The notes: a model not told the origin generated them from the letters alone. Positions 9,933-21,071 are shown, counted from the first letter of the stretch. The stretch is DNA of 64,000 nt from Bryobacterales bacterium (GCA_963769205.1 CAVYKR010000004.1:34592-98591), one strand, 5' to 3'. Made by a program: numbers and translations.

Positions 9933-12342
9933 CTACTTCGGCCGCGCGATCGTAATGCTGTTCAACTCGTTGGCGCTGCCGATTTCCTTGGCGCCCGCCG
10001 GCAGGCCGTTCAGTTGAAATAGATACCCGACTATATCCAGAACAGTTTTCTCCGGAAGAGTGCCGGCGTCATTGGGAGGCATGGAGCTGATGATCGTGCT
10101 ATACAAAGCACGCGCCGCTTTCCCGTTCCACGCTGTCCAAAATGAATTGTCCTGCAGCACCGGCCCAAAGCCGTTTCCGTCATGGCAGGCCGCGCATTTC
10201 TCCTTGAAGACTGCCTCGCCGCGTTTGGCCTGAGCTGCAGTATAGATTGTCGGAGTGACGGCGTTATCGTCGATTCGTGCAGTCGCGTTGGTCAGGCTGA
10301 TACCCTCCGACGACGGCGCGACCGCCATTGCTACCCATCCGGCGCCGTAGCCTTTTCCGCCGATCGGTAGAACAATGTATTGCTTGCCGTTGGACAGATA
10401 AGTCACAGGACCGCCGGTAGTGCCGACCGGCAGTTCCTTTTCCCAGACCACCTGCCCAGTCGTCTTGTCATAGGCGCGAAATTTCGCCGCCCCAGGTATT
10501 CCAGCCCGTCCCATCACCGCATCGCTCGCCTCTCCTAAGAAAAAGAGGCTCTTGGTTACCAGCGGCGCCGGCCGGCCCGGCGTGCCGAGCGGAGGCAGAT
10601 GCAGGTCCTTGATCAACGGATGATCCCTCGGGCCGTCTCCGTTCGGAACCATCCACGCGATGGTGCCCTGGTTTAGATCGATCGCAGTGATTCGTCCGTA
10701 GGGTCCTTTATAAATCGGCAGCCCCTCGATGGCCAGTGCGCCGCCCTGCTGTTGTTGCCTTTGCCGTGGAGCGCCCGGCAGCGGACCCGTTCCATACAGC
10801 ATGGGATTCTTTGGGTCCGGGTTGGCGACCAATCCAAAGCTCCCCGCCTGTGTCATCGAAACCGCATAGTAAATACCAGTTTCAGGATCGAACGCCCCCG
10901 TGTTCCAGTTGCCTGCGCCCCAGCCGCCGGGCTGTACCAGCGTGCCCTTCTTGCCATCCGGCTCATCGCTGCGAACCGACGGCGGTGTAAACAGCGGACC
11001 CATCACGTAATGGCTCACCATCTCCAGCGCCTTCTTGTGCAATTCAGGCGTGTAGTCGATCAGATCTGCTTCGCTGAAGCCCTGACGGTCGAACGGCGGC
11101 GGCTTGGTCGGAAAGGGCTGCGTCGGCCAGGCTTCCTCGCCCGGAGCCGTCGATTTTGGTACCGGACGCTCCTCAATGGGCCACACCGGCTTGCCCGTTA
11201 CTCGATCGAATACGTACAAGAATGCAGTCTTATTGGATGCGATCACGGCTTTGATCCGCTTGCCATCCACCGTGATGTCCCCCAGAATCGGCGACGTGGC
11301 CGCATCGTACTCCCACAGATCGTGATGGATCAATTGGTAGTACCACACCAGTTTTCCAGTCTTGGTGTCCAGGCATACCAGGCTGTCGGAGTACAGATTT
11401 ATCCCGGGCCGGTGGCCGCCGTAATGCGAAGCCGTGGGTGCCGTTAGCGGGATGTAGACGTAACCTGTCTCTTCGTCCGCCGTCAGCGACGACCATGCCG
11501 CCATGTTGCCGACGTATTCCGCCGAGCCTTTACCCCAAGTGTCGTATCCGGGCTCTCCTTTTCGCGGCAAAATGTGGAACGTCCAAAGCTGCTTGCCGCG
11601 TCCGTACGTCAAAACCCCGGATATCCTCGGGCTCAGCTTTCGGATCGTACCCGCCGTCGCCGTATCCGCCGCTGGCCTTTCCGCCTCCATTGCCGCCGAT
11701 CACGATCACATCGTTTACGACGAATGGGCCCGGAAAGCCGAAGTACTTCGCCTCATCGAAAGTATGCCGGTTCAAAGAAATTCTGCCGTTTTCGCCGAAG
11801 TCTCGATTAGGCAGGCCGGTCTTGGCATTGATCGAATACAGATACTCCCCGCGTATCGAAACGATGCGCTCGTCCGCATCTTTGCGCCAATAAGCTACGC
11901 CTCGCGTGCTTTGCGCGGATGCCTCCTTCAACGTCGGTTCAACCGGCTGCTGCACCCACTTGGTTTTTCCATTCGCCGCGTCAAAAGCTTCGATCAATCC
12001 GACGCCGTCCGGTGCGTACAGCACTCCGTCGATCATGATGGGCGTTCCCCGGAAGTAGTTCGACGGGCTGAGATCAGGGAATTTATCCATGATGAGCGGA
12101 TCCACCGCCAGCCTGCGCCATACCACCTGGAGATTCTTTACGTTGTCACGATTAATCTGATCGAGTGGAGAGTATCTGGTGAAAGCCTTATCCCCGCCGT
12201 AGGTCCGCCAGTCGCCATTGGAGGATTTCGTGCGCGTGCTCGCTGCTGTGTCGCCGCTCGCGGCCTTGGGTTGAGCCTGGCCCAATGCAATCGTGCAGCC
12301 CGCGATCACTGCCGCTTTCATCCAGCTTTGAATCTTCATCAT
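9933..12342 (-). CDS. PQQ-dependent dehydrogenase (quinohemoprotein alcohol dehydrogenase-like; beta-propeller plus C-terminal cytochrome c) with one frameshift
   Basis: ORF 11530-12342 gives the signal peptide and first propeller blades. ORF 9933-11690 gives the rest plus a C-terminal CAACHDGNG heme site. The junction EDIRGFDVRT|GKQLWTFH is broken by a one-base insertion near 11615. Confidence 0.7.
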
Positions 12343-12378
12343 TCCTCCCTGTTGCTTCAGCCCGGCCAGCCTTCCTCT

Positions 12379-15300
12379 CTAGAATACGAGCTTAAGAGCG
12401 AGCTGTCCGATCCTCGAAGGGTTCGTTTGTGTCACTTGACCTATCAGCGCGGAGCGAACCGAAACCTGCCCCACCGGCGCCAGGAACTCGGTGTGGTTGA
12501 GGACGTTGAAGAATTCTGCCCGGAAGAGCAGCTTCACTCGCTCTCCCACCAGGTTCGTTCTCTTCTCCAGCGACAAGTCAAAGTTAGTCAGGCCGGGCCC
12601 GCGGAAAGTGTTGCGCTGTAGGTTGCCGTAAGTCGGCGCCGGGCATCCTCCGGGCGTTCCCGGCGGTGCGGTGCTCGCGTAGCAGGCGGGAATCACAAAA
12701 GCGCTCGGATCAAAGAAGAAATGGCCGGTTCGTTGCACTCCGTTCACCGTGAACGTCTCCACGCCGCGCGGGTCCAACGTGCTTTCGCTGCCGCCGGTCC
12801 AGTACGGCCGCACCAGCGCTGGAACACCGTCTCCTCCCGGACCGGGTACCGACGGACTGCGCGCCAGCCCTGAATTAAAGTCCACCGGAAAACCGGTTTG
12901 GGTGCTGAAGATCGGGTACAAACTCCACCCGCTGGTCAGCCGTTTCGGCCCCTTCTGCCAGAGATGCTCGAACGGAAGCTCCCACCCGCCGCTGAGTACG
13001 AACCGGTTGCGCACATCGTAAGCCGCCGGCGCATAAAACTGGTGCTGGTTGTAAGCGGAGATGGTCTGCAGGTATGCGTCCTGATCGCTCAATACTTTGG
13101 AAAAGGTGTAGGCCGCGGTAAAAAATGTTTCGCCGAAACGCGAGTTGCTGATCCGCTTCGTCAGGCTAGTCAACAGACCTTCGTAATTTGAGCTGCCCAA
13201 GGATTTGTCCACCGACATGTACGCGAACGCATTGGGATACTGCAACCCGGACTGGAGATTCAGCGGTCGCAGCGTTGTACCGGGGAAAAATGGGTTGTCC
13301 TCGACGTTAACAATCTGCTTATGGGAAGAACTGCCCACATATGCCACTTGCAGGCCCAGGCCGCTGCTGAGTGCCTGTTGCAGCGTTAGATTCCAGCCAT
13401 AGGTGTAAGGGTTTCGCTGATTGGGATCGATCAAAACGCTGTTGGGGCCGAATGGCAGAAACCCGGCCTTTTGAAAATTCAAACTCGGACTCAATGGCTT
13501 GGATGGAAATGGATTGATCACTCCGGCCGTTCCATAGGGATCGGACATGATCGTCGAAGGACCATTCGCCGGAACCATCGCCTTGGTAAACGTCAAGACT
13601 GCCGACGAGTAAAACGGCACGGTGCCATTCTGCCACTGCACATCCTGTCCATTCAGCACGTCGTAGAAGACGCCAAAGCCCCCGCGGATGCTGGTTCGCC
13701 CTTTGCCGAACGGATCATACGCGAACCCAAAGCGCGGCGCGAAATTGTTCTTGTCCGGGAAATATACGCCCGGACACGGCGCATGCGGATCGCACGGAAA
13801 ATTCAGACCCAATGGCGCCAGCGGAAATTTCGTCGATTGCTGCCCCGGAATAATCATATAATTCCGCTCTTGAGGATCGAACTTCGGCGTGTTGTATTCG
13901 TAGCGAAGGCCCAGCGTCAGCGTTAGATTCGGACGAATTTTCCATTCGTCCTGCCCGAAAGCGTTGTACTGGTGCCCGTGAGCCGCGCTGAACGCATTCG
14001 GCCACTGTGAAAAAGCATTGGGCAGGCCGAACAGAAAATCGGCCAGATCGTTGCCCGAGCCTATCCCTCCCGACGACGTGGGGCCGCTAAACGTCAGCGT
14101 GCCGTTCGTCTCATAGGCGAACTGCCCGTTGTTCTGCAGAATGGCGAACGATCCGCCGAATTTGAAATTGTGCCGGCCTTTGGTCCAGCTGACGTTGTCA
14201 GTCCAGAAGTAGGAAGTGTCCGCATACTTCCCGGGCACGCTGCCGCCGTTGTCTCCCAGCGTCAACCCGGCCACGCCAAACGAAACGATGGGTGGCGCGG
14301 TACTCAGATCCGGCGTAATCTGAAACCCGAGCGTTGGCGCTCCCGGCAGGCTGCTGGCATAGCCGCTCGTGCCCGTGACCACTCGTTGAGTCGTGAAGTG
14401 AGCTTCGTTCAAAAGAGCCGGCGTAATTACCGATGTCAATGTAATGCCGCCAAAATATTGGTCGGCAAGGCTCAACGTCGCATAGCCGGGAGCGGAGGCG
14501 CCCGGAAACGGATTCAACACTGGGTTGTGATTCCGGACCAGACTGATCGAAAGCCGCTCTTTCGGGCTGATGTTGAAATCCGTCTTCCCCAAAAACTCGT
14601 CGCGGTTGTCTTGAGCCGTTCCGTTGGGCGTCAGAATGCCGGTGGAACTCGTCGCGATCGGCGCGCCCGCGATAAAAGCTTTAGTCACCGGGTTGATCTT
14701 CGACGGATCAATGATGGCTTGCGAAGCCAGTTGCGAGTTCGATTGAAAATAGGGATGCGCCAGCAGGAATGCCGCTACGTTAGGATCGGGTCCGCCCTTC
14801 ACTGCTTGAGAGAAATCGCCGCCCAGTTCAGCCGGAGTGAAGGTGCCTATCTGGGGATTGACGGTCGTCGAATTCTGGCGTTGCCCCTGGTAGCCGATGA
14901 ACCAAAAGAAGCGATCCTTCCCGCTGACCACCTTCGGAATGCTGAGCGGTCCGCCCATCGTCACGCCAAATTGATTGCGGATCAACGTCGGCACCGGCGA
15001 ATAGTTGCCCGGCGTGCTCTGATTGAAGAAGTTGTTGGCGTTGAAATCCTTGTTCCGCAAATAGTCGTAAAGGCTGCCGTGAATTTCGTTAGTGCCCGAC
15101 TTCGTCACTACGTTCACGATGCCGCCGTTGCTGCGCCCATACTCGGCCGAATAGTTGTTCGTAAGAATCCGGAACTCATCGATCGTATCCGGATTCGGAT
15201 CCACCACCGCGGTGCCGTTCGAGACCGAGTTGTTGACGCCTCCATCCAGCATGTAGGTAACCGAGTTGGCGCGCGCCCCTGCGATGGAAAACCCATTTCC

Positions 15301-15825
15301 CGCGAAGCCGGTGGTAGTAATCGTCATCGGCGTCACTCCCGGCTGCGTCAATGCCAGCTGCAATGTGTCCCGCCCGTTCAGAGGCAGATCCTGAATCGGC
15401 GCTCCCGAAACTACCGAGCTGACCGTGGCTGACACCGTATTCACCAAAGGTTCCGCGGTCTCTACCGACACCGACTCTCTTACCGACCCAACTTCCAGTT
15501 GGAAATTCTGTTCCAGCCGGCTGCCCACGTCCACCGCCAGATTCTGCACTTCCCCTTGCTTGAAGCCCTCGCTCCGCACTACCAGCCGGTAATTGCCTGG
15601 CTGCACGCTGGGGAACACGTAAATGCCCACTTGGTTGGTCGGCGCGCTGCTGACCGTTCCGCGCTCAATGCTGGTGAGTTCGACATTTGCGCCCACAATG
15701 ATCGCGCCTCCGCTATCGATCACGCGGCCCGATATCGTTGCCGTGGATGTCTGCGCTCGCGCCATCACGGCCAAGCTGGCCGGCAGGAGCATCAAAACGA
15801 GAAATGACTTACACCGTCGAACCAT
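12379..15825 (-). CDS. TonB-dependent receptor with N-terminal carboxypeptidase-regulatory-like domain
   Basis: The protein is ~1150 aa and the likely start is at MVRRCKSFLVLMLLPASLAVMARAQ (signal peptide). It contains a CarbopepD_reg-like stretch (ISGRVIDSGGAIIVGANVEL...GNYRLVV), a plug (LPLNGRDTLQLALTQPGV) and a barrel, and ends ...LALKLVF. Confidence 0.85.
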   Translation of the reverse strand: MVRRCKSFLVLMLLPASLAVMARAQTSTATISGRVIDSGGAIIVGANVELTSIERGTVSSAPTNQVGIYVFPSVQPGNYRLVVRSEGFKQGEVQNLAVDVGSRLEQNFQLEVGSVRESVSVETAEPLVNTVSATVSSVVSGAPIQDLPLNGRDTLQLALTQPGVTPMTITTTGFAGNGFSIAGARANSVTYMLDGGVNNSVSNGTAVVDPNPDTIDEFRILTNNYSAEYGRSNGGIVNVVTKSGTNEIHGSLYDYLRNKDFNANNFFNQSTPGNYSPVPTLIRNQFGVTMGGPLSIPKVVSGKDRFFWFIGYQGQRQNSTTVNPQIGTFTPAELGGDFSQAVKGGPDPNVAAFLLAHPYFQSNSQLASQAIIDPSKINPVTKAFIAGAPIATSSTGILTPNGTAQDNRDEFLGKTDFNISPKERLSISLVRNHNPVLNPFPGASAPGYATLSLADQYFGGITLTSVITPALLNEAHFTTQRVVTGTSGYASSLPGAPTLGFQITPDLSTAPPIVSFGVAGLTLGDNGGSVPGKYADTSYFWTDNVSWTKGRHNFKFGGSFAILQNNGQFAYETNGTLTFSGPTSSGGIGSGNDLADFLFGLPNAFSQWPNAFSAAHGHQYNAFGQDEWKIRPNLTLTLGLRYEYNTPKFDPQERNYMIIPGQQSTKFPLAPLGLNFPCDPHAPCPGVYFPDKNNFAPRFGFAYDPFGKGRTSIRGGFGVFYDVLNGQDVQWQNGTVPFYSSAVLTFTKAMVPANGPSTIMSDPYGTAGVINPFPSKPLSPSLNFQKAGFLPFGPNSVLIDPNQRNPYTYGWNLTLQQALSSGLGLQVAYVGSSSHKQIVNVEDNPFFPGTTLRPLNLQSGLQYPNAFAYMSVDKSLGSSNYEGLLTSLTKRISNSRFGETFFTAAYTFSKVLSDQDAYLQTISAYNQHQFYAPAAYDVRNRFVLSGGWELPFEHLWQKGPKRLTSGWSLYPIFSTQTGFPVDFNSGLARSPSVPGPGGDGVPALVRPYWTGGSESTLDPRGVETFTVNGVQRTGHFFFDPSAFVIPACYASTAPPGTPGGCPAPTYGNLQRNTFRGPGLTNFDLSLEKRTNLVGERVKLLFRAEFFNVLNHTEFLAPVGQVSVRSALIGQVTQTNPSRIGQLALKLVF

Positions 15826-15965
15826 GCTGCCTCCTAATTTGCGTCTGGATCGTTCAACCCCGAGAACAATCGGACTGTAACGACAACCTGGTCTAGGAAC
15901 GTCCAGCATGTCGCATTGGTGAAGTACTTGTCAAGAAGTTCCGCCGATTTTTCCGGCCCTTCTCT

Positions 15966-16556
15966 TCAACGAGCCGGGAACCCAGCGGTGGACTTGATTT
16001 CCCTGATCTGCAAAATATGGCGCTGCGTGTGAGTGGAAATCATGAGCACCCACTGATACGTGTCCGTCCCCTCTTTTTCCAGCACGTGGGCGCGCAAGTC
16101 GTCAGTAGTAGTCCGCGCGTATTCCGTCATTTCGGCGTGCAGTTTACGGAAAGCCGCCAGGTGCGACTGCAAGTCGGCCACCGGGTTCTTGGGTACTTTG
16201 TCGGGCGACGTCTTCTGCCGTACCGTCCGGTCGATCCCATACCACAGGACATCGCCATCGGTCACGGCTAGTTTCTTTCCCGATGGCTTGTCCTTTAGTG
16301 CGTCGCGCAGCTGCTGCCAGTAAATGGGCTCCGCCAGGTTCAGGTGCTCCAGCACATCGATTACGCTCCATTGGCCCGGCCCCGGATGGTATTCCAGTTG
16401 AGCGGGCGACAGGTGCGCCGCCTCGTCTTCCAGCCAGCTCGCGGTCATTTGAAGATGCGCGACCAGGTGCTGCCTTTCATCCTTGGTCATGGACGCTGCA
16501 AGCGCTGGCGCAGCCAATGCCCACACGCCCGCCAGCACGCCTGCGATGATTTTCAA
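15966..16556 (-). CDS. DinB-like (DinB_2) family protein, secreted
   Basis: It has a signal peptide and a DinB-like helix-bundle motif region (DVLEHLNLAE...HTQRHILQIRE). Confidence 0.65.
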   Translation of the reverse strand: MKIIAGVLAGVWALAAPALAASMTKDERQHLVAHLQMTASWLEDEAAHLSPAQLEYHPGPGQWSVIDVLEHLNLAEPIYWQQLRDALKDKPSGKKLAVTDGDVLWYGIDRTVRQKTSPDKVPKNPVADLQSHLAAFRKLHAEMTEYARTTTDDLRAHVLEKEGTDTYQWVLMISTHTQRHILQIREIKSTAGFPAR

Positions 16557-16630
16557 GATTGCCTCCTGTTTGTCGTTGGACGCGCAGGAGCAGAAAAAGT
16601 CCCGGCCGGCTCTCCAGGACTGAAAGTCAA

Positions 16631-17365
16631 TCAGCTTTTGATCAACTTCAACTTAATATTCTTGAACTCGATCGGAAATTTTTGATATTGAAGCCGGATG
16701 CGCCCCGCCGGAAACTTTGAGTCGTGAACGTCCAAAGTTTTCGTTCCGTTGAGCACGATGACCATGTGATCGCCCTCAGCGGTGATCTCGTAATGATTCC
16801 ACTGGTCGGGTAGGAACTTGAATTCCCGCTCAGTTTTGGCCGTGCCTACGATCGAGCCGGTGTTGTAGCCCTGCGGCTGTGCTTTCCAGATCTGCACCTC
16901 GTAACCGCCGCTGCCCTCGGGAGCGCGAATAAACACGCCGCTGTTGGTATCTTCGCCCGTCCTGAAATCCACCTGCAGGACGAAATTCTGGTAGCTCTCT
17001 TTGGACGTCAGGTACCCCGCCGGCTCCCCGCACGGCTCAAGCAAGCCTCCCATAACTTCCCAGTGCGATGCGCCCGCCGGTACACTCGCTTGCCCCGCCG
17101 AGCTCGAACAGGCTTTGGGATTCGAGCCCACTTGAGGCGCGCTTCCGGACGCTGCTGCAGGTGCCTTGCCCTGTTTCGCTGCGCCGCTCGTCCCCGGTCC
17201 CCGCCCCACCGCCGGCGTAACCGCGGAGTCCCAGCCATTCAGGGTCTTGCCATCAAACAGGAGGACCCAACCCTGAGCCCTCTCTTGCTTCGTCAGGACA
17301 TTGTCCGCGCCGAAAATACTCGGCAGAGTCGTAACTAGTAAACCGATGAGGCGAAGCCGTTGCAT
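16631..17365 (-). CDS. DUF1080 (3-keto-disaccharide hydrolase-like) domain protein with internal low-complexity insert
   Basis: DUF1080 motifs are present (NGWDS...GYLTSKESYQNFVLQVDFR...NSGVFIRA...IEFKNIKLK). A ~55-aa Ala/Gly/Ser-rich insertion sits after the signal peptide. Confidence 0.65.
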   Translation of the reverse strand: MQRLRLIGLLVTTLPSIFGADNVLTKQERAQGWVLLFDGKTLNGWDSAVTPAVGRGPGTSGAAKQGKAPAAASGSAPQVGSNPKACSSSAGQASVPAGASHWEVMGGLLEPCGEPAGYLTSKESYQNFVLQVDFRTGEDTNSGVFIRAPEGSGGYEVQIWKAQPQGYNTGSIVGTAKTEREFKFLPDQWNHYEITAEGDHMVIVLNGTKTLDVHDSKFPAGRIRLQYQKFPIEFKNIKLKLIKS

Positions 17366-17400
17366 TCTTCCTAACCTCCCTCATCAGTTTATACAAGCGC

Positions 17401-20400
17401 TTATCTCGATTCGGTGATGTTCATCGTCACTCCGGCGATAACCACGGTGGCGGTGCGTGCCGCGCCTGTGGAATTGCTGGCAGCTTCATAGACTGCGTTT
17501 CCGTTCCCATTCCCCGTGGCTCCGCTGGTGAGGGTCAGCCAGGGTTGATTGCTGGTCGCCGTCCAGGAGCAGCCCGAGGCGATTACCACTGGAAAGGACA
17601 TCGAGAAACCGGCGCTGTTAGGAACCACAGTCGGACTTCCGACCGATCCGTTGCAGGGAACGCCGGCTTGACTTACTGTAAACGCGACACCGGCCACCGT
17701 GATCGTGCCGGTCCTGGGAGTCGGGCTGGTATTGGCGGCCACCGTATAACCGACGTTCTTGTTTCCCTGATTCGTGCCGCTCGACACCGTGATCCAACTC
17801 GCGTTGCTCACCGTGGTCCAGTTAGCCGTGGCTACTGACGCCGTCACCGCGATGATCCCCGTGCTGGCCGGCGCGCTGACACTAGCCGAGGCCGGGCTCA
17901 GCGAGAAGACCGGCGTGCCCGGCGCCGGTGCGGTCTGCATGACATTAACTGTCTTCCCGGCAACCGTGAGGGTTCCCGATCGGGCGCTCGAAGTATTCGG
18001 CGCCACCGAATAGGTGGCCACGCCGTTTCCGGAACCGGAGGCGCCGGAGATCACGTTCAGCGTCCAGCTATTGCTGCCTGCCGTCCAGGCGCAACCCGGG
18101 GTCGTCGTCACTTGGACCGTGTAATTGGCGCCCAAAGCGCCGACCGTCACACTCGTCGGATTCACGGAGTAGCTGCAAGCCGCGCCGCCTTGGCTGATGG
18201 TGTAGGTTAAGCCCGCGACCGTAACCGTGCCCGTGCGGGTCGTGGTTCCCGTATTGGCCGCCACCGAGTAACCGACGCTCTGGCTGCCTTTTCCGGAAGC
18301 CCCGCTGGTGATCGATACCCAGGCGGCACTGCTCACCGCGGTCCACGTCGCCGTAGACGACGCGGCCGTAACCGAAATGCTTCCAGTTGATGCCGCGGCC
18401 GCAACGCTAGCCGAAGTCGAGCCCAGAGCGAATGCCGCCGCGGCTTGGCTCACCGTGAGCGTGACCGGCGTGCTTTGCCCCGTGCCCGTTACTGTGATCG
18501 AGCCGGATCTCGGCGATGTAGCGGTATTCGCCGCCACCGCATACGCCACCGTTCCATTGCCGCTTCCCGTGGCTCCGCTGCTTAGGCTGATCCAGGTTGC
18601 CGTCGGAGCGGCCGCCCATGAGCAGCCGGCCGGAGCCGTCACTGAAACGCTGTAGCCCGCTGCCGCCGAAACCGCATTGGCAGCCGTGGGGCTGATGGTG
18701 TAGGTGCACTTCTGCATTACCGTCGTTTGAACCGCCAGCGTATTCGTTACTCCGCCGCCATTTCCGGAAATGTTGAAGCTGAACGTCGCCGGCGCGGCGT
18801 TCGTGGCGGCGCTCAACGTCAATGTGCTCGCACTGCTCCCCACCGGAATCGTAGCGGGCGAAAAGGCCGCCGTTACGCCGCTCGGTAAACTATTGGCCGA
18901 TAGCGTCACTGGAGAATTGAACCCTCCGCTCGCCGTCAGCTTTACCGCTGTGGTCGCGCTCGATCCCACTGTGACCGTCATAGACGTGGGTGTGGCGCTC
19001 AACTGAAAGGCCGGCCCGCCGGCGTCGTTCCAATGATTGATCAGCAATGCTGCATCCACCGTTCCGAGGCCGGTGGCGCGATCGTAACCCACGCCCGCGC
19101 TGAAGCCCGTTACGCCGGGGACTGTGTCGCTCCCCGCCGTAATGTCGTGAAACACAGCCGCTCCGCCGCCCGCTTGCCGCGTCGCGAAACCGTACAGCGC
19201 CGGATTCGCATTGCCCAGGCGCGTTCCTTTGCGCTGTGCCGCCAGTGCCATCAGACCGGCGAAAGAAGGAGTGGATGCCGAAGTTCCTCCCAACACATAG
19301 AACCCGCCATTCATGTAAATCAGATACCCGTCGTACGACGAAGCTGTCAGCGATACGTCGGGCACATCCCGCCACCCGTCCGCGGGCACTCCGGCGCCGG
19401 CTTGCCACAACGGTTTTTGATAAATCGCGCTGCTACCGCCGCCCCCGGCCCATAATCCCGATCCGCCTGTGACGCTGCCGCTCGAGTTCCAGACAGCCTC
19501 CGGAATATATTTCAATGCCGAAGTGTAAGTGGAGCTGTTAGTAGTCGACCAATAAAGCGACGGGTTCGCGCTATCGCTGAACTGCGTTCCTCCCACGCAA
19601 GTGCTGTACGGGCTGGAACACAGCGCGTTGACGCTGTTTCCGTAGACGGCCTTCGCCGAAGAGGGGTTATCGCAGCCCGCCGAGCCGCTATCGCCCGCTG
19701 CTACCAGCACCGTGATCCCCTGCGCGGCAGCCTGCTGCCACAAACTGTTCCAAAACTGATTGCCGCTCGTTCCCAGGGCCAGTTCGCAGCTTCCGTAGCT
19801 CAACGTGATTACCGGAGCTAAATTGTTGCTCACCGCGTATTGCGCCGACAGCGTAATCCCGTCGCTCGCCGACGTCGATGCCGACGCGATCAGTTTGACC
19901 GCCGCTTTGGGCGCCGTTGCTCCTGCCCATTCCACGTCCAGCGCCGCCTCCGTCTCATCGCCCGATACCAGCCCCGGATTCGGTCCGTTCAGCACTACCG
20001 TGGCATTGTTGGTCGGAAGGCCGAACGTGCTTCGGAACGCTTGGACGTCTGAAAGATTGATATTCGTCCGCCCGATCACTGCAATCGATTGTCCCGTTCC
20101 GTCGGTCGACCCCGCATACAGCGATGCTACGTCGTAAATGATGCCGAAATCGCCCGGTGTCAGGTAGTGGCTGCTGCCGTTGGTCCAATCCGCCCGGTTG
20201 CCCCCCGCCGCCGCTAAGGGCGCCGCCCGCAATCCGGCAAATAGCGGAGTGCTATGAAAGTCGTTGAGCGATGCCACTCCACGCACTACCGACGCCAGAG
20301 CCCGCGGGATTCGCGGCGCCGTCTGGTTCGCATAGTGCTTCGCGCCATTTACGTTGTACATGTGGATCTCGGTGTGAAAGGCCGCTGCCACCTGATCCGC

Positions 20401-20859
20401 CGATCCGCTGAAAATAATGAACCGCCGCGCCGCCGAGATTGGTTCTACGTCGAACCCGGAGGACCGCAGCCATCCGGCGATCTGTTCCACGTCGCCTTCC
20501 GATACGCCGAACCGCTCGCCGAATGCCTCGGGCGTGAGCCAGCGTTGATAATCCGGAGAGCTTAGATCCTGCTGCGCCGCCAGAAATTCTTCCAGGGCCT
20601 GTTCCTGAGCCGCATCCGGCTGCAGCACCAGTACCATGCGATCCATCCGCGTCTCCGCCGGCGCCCGGCCTTGTTCGTACTCCGCGCGCGCCAGCGGATG
20701 CACATCCCCGCCCCTTACCACCAGGTTGCGATTGTCAATGGATTCAGTAATTCGATTCGCGGCGCGGGTCTTTTCCTGTGCCACCGCTGCAAGACTCAAA
20801 AAGAGCAGAATGAAGATCAGGCCGACCAGTGGCCGTGAGATACTACGCAAGTATGCCAT
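17401..20859 (-). CDS. S53 (sedolisin/kumamolisin-type) serine peptidase with pro-domain and about 6 C-terminal tandem BACON/Ig-like repeats
   Basis: It has a signal peptide, a Pro-kumamolisin activation domain and an S53 catalytic region (SGTS...GGTS). Then ~90-aa units repeat: C.W.A....W......G.G.G.V.Y.V..N....R.G.ITV.G. Confidence 0.8.
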   Translation of the reverse strand: MAYLRSISRPLVGLIFILLFLSLAAVAQEKTRAANRITESIDNRNLVVRGGDVHPLARAEYEQGRAPAETRMDRMVLVLQPDAAQEQALEEFLAAQQDLSSPDYQRWLTPEAFGERFGVSEGDVEQIAGWLRSSGFDVEPISAARRFIIFSGSADQVAAAFHTEIHMYNVNGAKHYANQTAPRIPRALASVVRGVASLNDFHSTPLFAGLRAAPLAAAGGNRADWTNGSSHYLTPGDFGIIYDVASLYAGSTDGTGQSIAVIGRTNINLSDVQAFRSTFGLPTNNATVVLNGPNPGLVSGDETEAALDVEWAGATAPKAAVKLIASASTSASDGITLSAQYAVSNNLAPVITLSYGSCELALGTSGNQFWNSLWQQAAAQGITVLVAAGDSGSAGCDNPSSAKAVYGNSVNALCSSPYSTCVGGTQFSDSANPSLYWSTTNSSTYTSALKYIPEAVWNSSGSVTGGSGLWAGGGGSSAIYQKPLWQAGAGVPADGWRDVPDVSLTASSYDGYLIYMNGGFYVLGGTSASTPSFAGLMALAAQRKGTRLGNANPALYGFATRQAGGGAAVFHDITAGSDTVPGVTGFSAGVGYDRATGLGTVDAALLINHWNDAGGPAFQLSATPTSMTVTVGSSATTAVKLTASGGFNSPVTLSANSLPSGVTAAFSPATIPVGSSASTLTLSAATNAAPATFSFNISGNGGGVTNTLAVQTTVMQKCTYTISPTAANAVSAAAGYSVSVTAPAGCSWAAAPTATWISLSSGATGSGNGTVAYAVAANTATSPRSGSITVTGTGQSTPVTLTVSQAAAAFALGSTSASVAAAASTGSISVTAASSTATWTAVSSAAWVSITSGASGKGSQSVGYSVAANTGTTTRTGTVTVAGLTYTISQGGAACSYSVNPTSVTVGALGANYTVQVTTTPGCAWTAGSNSWTLNVISGASGSGNGVATYSVAPNTSSARSGTLTVAGKTVNVMQTAPAPGTPVFSLSPASASVSAPASTGIIAVTASVATANWTTVSNASWITVSSGTNQGNKNVGYTVAANTSPTPRTGTITVAGVAFTVSQAGVPCNGSVGSPTVVPNSAGFSMSFPVVIASGCSWTATSNQPWLTLTSGATGNGNGNAVYEAASNSTGAARTATVVIAGVTMNITESR

Positions 20860-21071
20860 TTGATCTTCATATCGGCGGTCGGGAAGCTTCAGAAGATCGA
20901 AAAGCTATGTAGTACTCAACCTCTTTTGTTGTAGCCAGATCGGAGCGACGGCGGTCCAGTACGAAAGACCCACTTTGACACAGTTCTTTCGGGCTACTCC
21001 CGGCAGTACCGACAACCCGTAAGTAACCCCCTTCCCCGCCCCCGCATCTCATCTATACAATTGGAGTCGAT

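Noticed and set aside
14170-15432. 420-aa plus-strand ORF
   Set aside because: It lies inside and antisense to the TonB-dependent receptor gene, and its Arg-rich translation is non-protein-like.
15826-15909. N-terminal 28-codon extension of TonB receptor ORF
   Set aside because: The extension has no hydrophobic core. The downstream Met at 15825 starts a classic signal peptide, MVRRCKSFLVLMLLPASLAVMARAQ.
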